IMG/VR virus record: IMGVR_UViG_2541047897_000007
Location: 1-36,207 of that record
Length of the DNA stretch: 36,207 nt
Strand: one strand, 5' to 3'
DNA from: a virus
Taxonomy: Duplodnaviria; Heunggongvirae; Uroviricota; Caudoviricetes
Each line of letters begins with the position of its first letter. Position 1 is the first letter of the stretch. Below are positions 1 to 6,278 of the stretch, piece after piece. Made by a program: the position numbers and the translations under genes. Under the pieces are notes generated by a model. The model saw only the letters and a program-made list of their open reading frames with translations, had not been told where the DNA came from and did no database searches.

Positions 1-1002
1 TTACCCTCTATTGTCAAAAGGGTTCAATTCAACAGCAGCCTCTAAATGACCTGGAGCAAAATGCGCATAACGCATAGTCATTTTTATATCGCTATGCCCC
101 AGTATTTTTTGCAACACAAGAATATTTCCGCCCCGCATCATAAAATGACTGGCAAACGTGTGACGTAGCACATGAGTTAATTGCCCATCAGGAAGCTCGA
201 TCTTCGCTCTCTTAATTGCAGCGTCAAAAGCCTCATAACATGGTGAAAATAGCGCTCCTCGTTTTTTGGGAAGCATAGCCTGCAATTGAGGTGAAATCGG
301 TACAGTGCGGTTCTTCTTTCCTTTAGTTTTAACAAATGTGATTCGACCGGGCAGTACTTGAGATTGCTTTAATCCTTCTGCTTCACTCCACCGAGCACCA
401 GTCGCAAGCCCAATACGGACAACAACCCCCAAATCTTTATTCCGTGACTCATCACACGCAATCAGAAGGCGTTCAATCTCATCTACATACAGAAACGCCA
501 GTTCCTTTTCTTCCTCACGAAACTTGCGAATACCAGTCAGGGGGTTTTCACCAGACCACTCCCCAAGGCGCTTCAGTTCGGCAAAAACAGCATGTAGATA
601 TGACTGCTCGCGATTAACGGTTGCTTCACTAAGTTTTTTCTTCCCCTTGGGATTCCATTCTCCTGATAGCCTTCTTTCCCGATAAGTGGCAAACATATTT
701 TTGTCAAACTGAGAAGCAAATGGATCTCCCAGCCTGGAACAAATCGCCTCAAGTTTGACTTTGCGCTCTGCACCAGAGGACAAGGTTTTACCGTACATCT
801 CAAACCAACGAGCAATCAACTCAGAAAGACGAGGACCAGAACCATCTTGAAACTCGTCTCCAACTCTACTATTCATTAAACGGCGCTCATAAGAGAGCGC
901 CTCACTTTTTGTCGCAAACTGTTTACGAATGCGTTTTCCCGATGCCCCGTAGGGATAACATTCGCAAAGCCATTTACCTGATGGAATCTTACGAACCGAC
1001 AT
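1..1002 (-). CDS. int: tyrosine-type site-specific integrase
   Basis: 333-aa ORF with stop at 1..3; C-terminal catalytic region HVLRHTFASHFMMRGG...RYAHF matches the tyrosine recombinase signature; sits at the prophage end in P2-like orientation. Confidence 0.9.
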   Translation of the reverse strand: MSVRKIPSGKWLCECYPYGASGKRIRKQFATKSEALSYERRLMNSRVGDEFQDGSGPRLSELIARWFEMYGKTLSSGAERKVKLEAICSRLGDPFASQFDKNMFATYRERRLSGEWNPKGKKKLSEATVNREQSYLHAVFAELKRLGEWSGENPLTGIRKFREEEKELAFLYVDEIERLLIACDESRNKDLGVVVRIGLATGARWSEAEGLKQSQVLPGRITFVKTKGKKNRTVPISPQLQAMLPKKRGALFSPCYEAFDAAIKRAKIELPDGQLTHVLRHTFASHFMMRGGNILVLQKILGHSDIKMTMRYAHFAPGHLEAAVELNPFDNRG

Positions 1003-1007
1003 TTTAG

Positions 1008-1355
1008 TTACTTATCACATAAATCAAATGCAGCCTTAGTGACATCCCCTAGGCTCTTTTTTAACCCTGGGGCGGCATCATTATCTAGCCAAAATGGATT
1101 ATTGTTATCTAACGGTAACGCACCAAATGTTTTACCTTTTATTCGAGCCAAACCTGTAAGTGCATATAACTTATTATCGTCAAAATTCATCACATAAGGA
1201 TTACCATCAAGACACTGTAATTGAACCTCATCAGTATTAAATGGCCATACCCCATTGAAACTCTCACGTTCAATAGTTTTAAAAGGCATTGCGACGGCGG
1301 AAAAAGAAAACATAGATAAAAAAGTAACTAATAGTTGAACCTTTTTTACTTTCAT
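1008..1355 (-). CDS. hypothetical secreted protein
   Basis: 115-aa ORF with N-terminal signal-peptide-like segment MKVKKVQLLVTFLSMFSFSAVA; two Cys residues; lies between int and the repressor operon. Confidence 0.55.
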   Translation of the reverse strand: MKVKKVQLLVTFLSMFSFSAVAMPFKTIERESFNGVWPFNTDEVQLQCLDGNPYVMNFDDNKLYALTGLARIKGKTFGALPLDNNNPFWLDNDAAPGLKKSLGDVTKAAFDLCDK

Positions 1356-1384
1356 ATCATTACCTCAATTTAGCTCAAGTAAGA

Positions 1385-2035
1385 TTACAAATTAAAAAAC
1401 GCCCTAGAAATGACACCGCCTACCAAAACCCCTACGCAGATAAAGAATATTATTTCTTTTGGATAAAGTCGGATTAATTCTGAAGCACGAAGTCGGACTT
1501 CTGGTAAGGTCGAACTCTCTGTGTGGCTTGATGCCGATTGTTGCTCTAACCACGACAATGCAGACTGTAACTGAGAACGAGTAAGATCGTTTAAACGTCC
1601 TGTACCGAAATTGATATGGCAATACCGCAGAAGTTTTTGTCGAAGTCCACAGTCTTCACTGTTACGTAGTAATAAACTTACAAGAGCCTTACAGGCATCA
1701 TGATCTTTACATCGCTCAAGCATTGCATGCAGAAAACTCTCCGCTGTTTTATATTGATTTACTGTCATATCATCAATACCAGCTACACCAATCTCCGCAT
1801 GTACTTTTTGCCAAATAATAAACGCTTCAGTATTGCTAGCTTCTGCAATAGCAGCAACCAAGCTATTCAGCTCCTTACGCTGAGCCTTAAGCAAAGGGCG
1901 ATCGTCATCATCATTATTCGAAGGGATTGCGATATTGACGGTATGAGAACCATCATATCGCTCTATCTGAATATTCTTTTCGTGAAAATCACGCCCAGCA
2001 ACGCGATTGTTTGAACCGTTTGAGTTGACGGCCAT
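1385..2035 (-). CDS. hypothetical protein with C-terminal transmembrane anchor
   Basis: 216-aa ORF; C-terminal hydrophobic helix IIFFICVGVLVGGVISRAFF; starts 15 bp after the repressor stop so probably co-transcribed; N-terminus shares the motif NNR[IV]AGRD[YF] with the repressor C-terminus. Confidence 0.55.
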   Translation of the reverse strand: MAVNSNGSNNRVAGRDFHEKNIQIERYDGSHTVNIAIPSNNDDDDRPLLKAQRKELNSLVAAIAEASNTEAFIIWQKVHAEIGVAGIDDMTVNQYKTAESFLHAMLERCKDHDACKALVSLLLRNSEDCGLRQKLLRYCHINFGTGRLNDLTRSQLQSALSWLEQQSASSHTESSTLPEVRLRASELIRLYPKEIIFFICVGVLVGGVISRAFFNL

Positions 2036-2050
2036 GTCACCTCCCTACTA

Positions 2051-2455
2051 TCACCTACCCTTAGTTTCGTTATAGTCACGACCAGCGATACGGTTATTAC
2101 CACCAGAAATATTTAACTCACGTCCTGATGGCTGAGTTTCCTTTTCACTGATCGCACCTTTTAAAGCCCCAATCACCGCGTTTTTCACATCTAACGAAGC
2201 TGCTCGAAAGCGAGTAATCAACTCCTGCTCATCATCGTTATAAGTTTCAGGTGAGTGAATTCCCAACACAACATACTGAACATCAAGGCCAAAACGAGAC
2301 AGCGCTGCCAAATACGCAGCATCAGGAAAGCTATCTCCTTTCTCATATCTAAGCTGAGTTAGCTTTTTGACTCCACCAATGTCGCTCATGGCAACTTGAC
2401 TAAGTCCCAATCTTTCCCTTTCCTCACGCAACCGCTGACCAATATCATTTTTCAT
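2051..2455 (-). CDS. HTH XRE-family transcriptional regulator, probable prophage repressor
   Basis: 134-aa ORF; helix-turn-helix LSQVAMSDIGGVKKLTQLRYEKG; divergent from the early operon with a promoter/operator-like region between them. Confidence 0.75.
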   Translation of the reverse strand: MKNDIGQRLREERERLGLSQVAMSDIGGVKKLTQLRYEKGDSFPDAAYLAALSRFGLDVQYVVLGIHSPETYNDDEQELITRFRAASLDVKNAVIGALKGAISEKETQPSGRELNISGGNNRIAGRDYNETKGR

Positions 2456-2530
2456 ACAAAAACCTTGACAGGTATCTTTTTTGATACCAAAATGATTTCA
2501 CGAGCTATTAGATGATCACAATATACCACT
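2456..2530. promoter_or_regulatory. divergent promoter/operator region between repressor and early operon
   Basis: TTGACA at 2465..2470, 17-bp spacer, CAAAAT at 2488..2493; the spacer carries the dyad ggtatc-N6-gatacc (2471..2488), a candidate operator. Confidence 0.45.
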
Positions 2531-2737
2531 ATGAAACAAGTTCTTCACGATACCAGATCACGCATTCCGCGTAACACCGCCACAGGTCCAAGACTGGCAC
2601 TTCGGCTGTCCCTCGAGGAGCGAGCCGTCATTGATGAAATGGCAGCTAAAGAACAACGCTCATCCTCTAACATGGCGCGCATGATCTTCCTTCGCGGCCT
2701 AGAGCTAACCCAGAAAGAACAAAACAAATCTTCCTGA
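2531..2737 (+). CDS. small early regulator, possibly ribbon-helix-helix (Cro/Apl-like candidate)
   Basis: 68-aa first ORF of the divergent early operon; RLSLEERAVIDEMAAKEQRSSSNMARMIFLRGLE resembles an RHH/Arc-like fold; no clear Shine-Dalgarno, so the start is uncertain. Confidence 0.45.
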   Translation: MKQVLHDTRSRIPRNTATGPRLALRLSLEERAVIDEMAAKEQRSSSNMARMIFLRGLELTQKEQNKSS

Positions 2738-2753
2738 TCAGGAGGCTAGTGGG

Positions 2754-2957
2754 ATGTCAGGTATAACCATCAATATCAATGTGAATGCCCCCTATGTATC
2801 CCTGCAGAAATATGCAGAGATAACAGGTATCCCTCTTAATACATGCAAAAAGATGTTGGCTGACGGTCGAATTATTATCCGCCCCAAACGCGCCAAAATG
2901 GAAAAGCCTGAAGTAAACCTTGTGGCGATGTTAAAAGACGCTTTGGCTAACAGCTAA
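2754..2957 (+). CDS. Cox-like excisionase / early DNA-binding regulator
   Basis: 67-aa ORF with AGGAGG 6 nt upstream; YVSLQKYAEITGIPLNTCKKMLADGRI resembles the HTH of P2 Cox as recalled from memory. Confidence 0.55.
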   Translation: MSGITININVNAPYVSLQKYAEITGIPLNTCKKMLADGRIIIRPKRAKMEKPEVNLVAMLKDALANS

Positions 2958-2978
2958 AACAATGAACAGAGCACCATC

Positions 2979-3329
2979 ATGAAAAAAAACGCTAATAATC
3001 CATACTCCAAATTTCGTAATGGCGTAGAACGCCATGTACACCACGTCGCTACCAGTGCATCACGTAGTAACAGTCGCTATAACCTGAACGAAACACACGC
3101 AACACCGGATGGCCACGCTGTAAAACAAATCGGCGAGCATACCTGGCTGATTGAGAAAGCTGGAATCGTGGTCCACAAATGCCCACGCAATCCGTTTACC
3201 GGAAACCGCATTTTTGCATTGAGCTGCGGAGACAATCACTTCGGACAGGATTTCACATTATACGAAGCACTTCGCACGGTTGATCGTCTGCTTCGCGGGC
3301 AAAGTTTTATTAAACAGGCTGATTTATAA
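2979..3329 (+). CDS. hypothetical early protein
   Basis: 116-aa ORF in the early operon; no recognisable motif. Confidence 0.45.
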   Translation: MKKNANNPYSKFRNGVERHVHHVATSASRSNSRYNLNETHATPDGHAVKQIGEHTWLIEKAGIVVHKCPRNPFTGNRIFALSCGDNHFGQDFTLYEALRTVDRLLRGQSFIKQADL

Positions 3330-3339
3330 CAGGTGCTTT

Positions 3340-3654
3340 ATGACCAAAGAGCATGCACAAGGTGTATTTATCCGTTTTATTGATTTTCGCGGTGAACTGT
3401 TATTACGCGCATCCGCTATTGATGGAGTGGCTCCGGCGGGTAAAAACGGAGCCGACGAAGCCACTTACGTTTATCTGAACGGCACGCGACTGCTTGTGGA
3501 ACTTCCGTACCAGACCGTACGAGAAATCATTAGTGAAGCTGAAAAGGCACGCCTGGCTAATGGCGTGAACCCTATATCGAAATTATTTGTATGGATTCAG
3601 AAACTGAAATTCAGAAAGCAGATTAAAGGGCGTTGCGATGGGCAAAGAATATAA
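3340..3654 (+). CDS. hypothetical early protein
   Basis: ATG at 3340 chosen over the upstream-extended ORF-track start at 3280 to avoid overlap with the preceding gene; 104 aa. Confidence 0.45.
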   Translation: MTKEHAQGVFIRFIDFRGELLLRASAIDGVAPAGKNGADEATYVYLNGTRLLVELPYQTVREIISEAEKARLANGVNPISKLFVWIQKLKFRKQIKGRCDGQRI

Positions 3655-3880
3655 AACTCTCATTAACAAAGCACTTGAGCGTTTTTATTTTCGCTTAAGT
3701 GCATCAGGCGCTCATGCTGAACGAGCAGCCCGTGACTCATTGACCAGGGCAATCCGGAGTCTGTATGACGTGGCTTTTTACGCTGATGATCTGGATGCAC
3801 TTAACGAACTTTCCGAGCTGATCTGTGCCGCAGAATGCGGGGAACATATTGAACCGTATAAGCTGGGAAATATTGCATGA
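3638..3880 (+). CDS. hypothetical early protein
   Basis: 80-aa ORF, start overlaps the upstream stop (translational coupling). Confidence 0.5.
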   Translation: MGKEYKTLINKALERFYFRLSASGAHAERAARDSLTRAIRSLYDVAFYADDLDALNELSELICAAECGEHIEPYKLGNIA

Positions 3881-3990
3881 GTATATTTATCTCATGGCTT
3901 GTTCTGATTATTTCGGTGGCCTGCGCCATTGGGATTATGCGAATTATTCATTCAGTAAAAAAGATTGAACGCTTTTTCACTGGTGAATAA
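3877..3990 (+). CDS. small hydrophobic peptide (37 aa), putative membrane peptide
   Basis: ATG overlaps the previous stop (atga); MSIFISWLVLIISVACAIGIM is a single predicted TM helix; below the ORF-track size cutoff and read by hand. Confidence 0.3.
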   Translation: MSIFISWLVLIISVACAIGIMRIIHSVKKIERFFTGE

Positions 3991-4083
3991 CGATACAAAT
4001 AAAGCATCAAATTAAATAAGAAAACGTGAAAACCATCCGTATTAACGGAGGTATTCGCACACGCAAATAACGGAGATACAAAA

Positions 4084-4494
4084 ATGCACGCAAAAGAAGA
4101 AGGTATCATCAGAGCACTGAAAGAAATTTCAAAGACAGAAAACGAAGTAGCGAAAAAAGCCGTGGCAAATGCACATATGGACGTCGCAACCCACACACTG
4201 ATAGTCGCAAGAGTCACGGCAGAAGCAGCCGAAATTATCGCAAAACAGGATGCTGAACTGGCGGTTCTCAGAACACAACCAGTCACCGGACTGGATTTGT
4301 CTAACACCGGACGCCTTATTTACACAATTGGCTCGGAGCTACAGCGATACACCATTATCGCCGGATTACAGGATAAATACCTGATCACTCCTCACCCCAT
4401 AAGGGAATCAGAAATTCTGACAAATCTCCGCCTGATAGAACGCTCTCAAGTTGTATTCATTGATGACGCGCAATGTGCCGTATTTAACGCATAG
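4084..4494 (+). CDS. hypothetical protein
   Basis: 136-aa ORF preceded by a 94-bp AT-rich gap and a GGAG RBS; may have its own promoter. Confidence 0.55.
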   Translation: MHAKEEGIIRALKEISKTENEVAKKAVANAHMDVATHTLIVARVTAEAAEIIAKQDAELAVLRTQPVTGLDLSNTGRLIYTIGSELQRYTIIAGLQDKYLITPHPIRESEILTNLRLIERSQVVFIDDAQCAVFNA

Positions 4495-4517
4495 GGTTAC
4501 TGGACAAAGGGGGCGCA

Positions 4518-4721
4518 ATGGCAATTAAGCATTTTCCCGTCGTTCGCTTTACCTCCAGAGGGCGCGAATACGAGGTCGACGAACGCCTGATTACCACTAT
4601 CGACAAACATCGTTCGGAAAAGGATGCACACCACATCTACCTCACTGACGGCACTTACTTCTGCGCCACCAACGTGGCGCGGGTGAATCTTATCCGACAG
4701 GTACAGGAGCCACGCAGATGA
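4518..4721 (+). CDS. hypothetical protein
   Basis: 67-aa ORF with RBS aaggggg. Confidence 0.5.
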   Translation: MAIKHFPVVRFTSRGREYEVDERLITTIDKHRSEKDAHHIYLTDGTYFCATNVARVNLIRQVQEPRR

Positions 4722-4984
4722 CCATTCTGGACTACATCGCTACTCATCCGGGGTGTAGCGGCGGAGAGATCGCCGCAGCACTGAATACCCCAACCACAGC
4801 CATTAATGCTGAGTTACGCCGACTTTGGCGCGGCGGCTTAGTCATCAGAACAAACCGCAGCACAGGTGGTCGCGCTCGCAAAACAGGAGGCCAGGCTTCT
4901 TACCACGTAAACCCGATGCTGTTCGGGTGTAGTAATCCACTTACTCACATGTTTAACCAGCTACTGAAGGAAGCCAGAGCATGA
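4718..4984 (+). CDS. hypothetical protein, possibly winged-helix DNA-binding
   Basis: 88-aa ORF with AGGAG RBS; ILDYIATHPGCSGGEIAAALNTPTTAINAELRRLWRGGLV resembles a winged-helix recognition unit. Confidence 0.5.
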   Translation: MTILDYIATHPGCSGGEIAAALNTPTTAINAELRRLWRGGLVIRTNRSTGGRARKTGGQASYHVNPMLFGCSNPLTHMFNQLLKEARA

Positions 4985-5281
4985 GCACCATCAACCACCA
5001 GAAGCTACGCGAACTGGCATTTGCCCTGCAACGAATGGCAACGCCTCAAAAATTACTGGCATTTCGCGCAATGCTCTCGCCGTCTGCTGTGCTGGCACTG
5101 CTGGATCAGCTGGAGCACGCCAGAACCACTGCTCCAGCCATTCGCCTCACGCTCCATCATGAAATCGCTGATTTCTGCGCAACGCTGGGGGGCACCTGGC
5201 GAACCGGAAACGCCGGAAGCAATGCAGCAAGAGCTGCTGCAACGCATCGATAACGTTTTTGATTTTTTTCTGAACCAGTAA
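4981..5281 (+). CDS. hypothetical protein whose reading frame is broken at a G6 homopolymer
   Basis: ORF 4981..5253 and overlapping ORF 5021..5281 both look protein-like; they join into one product of about 100 aa if the G run at 5187..5192 were one G shorter. Confidence 0.4.
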
Positions 5282-5402
5282 GAAACCAGAACATGCACAC
5301 ACAAAAAAACCGCTTGCCATGCCTCAATCGGTCAGGTTACATTTCCGCTGCACCTCATAAAACGGGTGCCGGGATTCTCAACCCGATACAGAGCAAAGCG
5401 CA

Positions 5403-5428
5403 TAACCGCGCAAGCGGTTTTTTTGTGC
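5403..5428 (+). terminator. candidate rho-independent terminator
   Basis: aaccgc-GCAA-gcggtt hairpin followed by ttttt; also forms one arm of an 18-nt perfect inverted repeat with 5299..5316. Confidence 0.35.
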
Positions 5429-5603
5429 GTACTGTATTGCCACGTCTTTTTCGCGTCAGAATTATGGCGGGGCGTACGGGGCCGACTTCGGTCGGGCCGG
5501 ATTCTTTGCTCTCCGGTGTTGAGAACCCTGTACGTCTCGCCACCCCGAGATTCTCAACTCTGGATGGTGAGTTATTTCTATCACCGAGCAAAGAGGCCAC
5601 ACC

Positions 5604-5834
5604 ATGGCAGACCGCAAACAGCACCGCGCTATCGCGGAGCGTCGTCACATCCAGACTGAAATCAACCGCAGACTTTCCCGCGCATCACGCGTCGCGCAAA
5701 TCATGCACATCAATATGCTGCATGAGCGCAGCCACGCACTATCAAACATTTATTCCGCCTCTGTTTTCAGCTATCTGGCGGATGATCTGCACGAGCTTCA
5801 ACAGCTCATCCAGCAGCAAAACAAACTCCATTAA
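5604..5834 (+). CDS. hypothetical protein
   Basis: 76-aa ORF with RBS agagg 8 nt upstream; basic N-terminal half. Confidence 0.5.
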   Translation: MADRKQHRAIAERRHIQTEINRRLSRASRVAQIMHINMLHERSHALSNIYSASVFSYLADDLHELQQLIQQQNKLH

Positions 5835-5906
5835 TTCCTGTTCCGGGCCTTTCCTGCACCTTGCGGCGGGAGGCCTTCGCACATCTGTAACAAGAGGATT
5901 GCCGCA

Positions 5907-6272
5907 ATGATTCTCGCCAACGACTTTCTTGAATACCTGCTCAACACAGAGCGTGATCTTGCCGCTCGCGTGCGTGATCGTTATGACATGTACCTGAAAT
6001 CCCTGCCTGTACCGCAGCTCGCTGACGGAAAGATTGTTATTGATGGTCGCTACATGATTGACAGCCACGAGGGAAATTACAGGCTTTCCCGCATTGAAGG
6101 TGGCACCCCGTCCGTTATTGGCATTTACCAGCGCCCATCCTCTGCAATCGTCGATGTGATTGCCGACAGCATCCGCATCACACATCGCCATGCCGACACA
6201 GAAGACACCGTGCTGGAAATTCAGCGGCTGGCTACAGTCTGCCGCGACACCCTGAATGGCATGACGAAGTAA
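5907..6272 (+). CDS. hypothetical protein
   Basis: 121-aa ORF with RBS agagga; immediately upstream of gene A. Confidence 0.55.
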   Translation: MILANDFLEYLLNTERDLAARVRDRYDMYLKSLPVPQLADGKIVIDGRYMIDSHEGNYRLSRIEGGTPSVIGIYQRPSSAIVDVIADSIRITHRHADTEDTVLEIQRLATVCRDTLNGMTK

Positions 6273-6278
6273 ATCACT

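Noticed and set aside
5299-5428. Possible retron msr/msd, suggested by the 18-nt inverted repeats flanking a structured segment
   Set aside because: No reverse transcriptase ORF anywhere in the window; the flanking repeat pattern alone is not enough.
5293-5910. 205-aa plus-strand ORF and overlapping 97-aa ORFs
   Set aside because: Low-complexity translation spanning the structured non-coding region and overlapping the better-supported 76-aa gene at 5604..5834.
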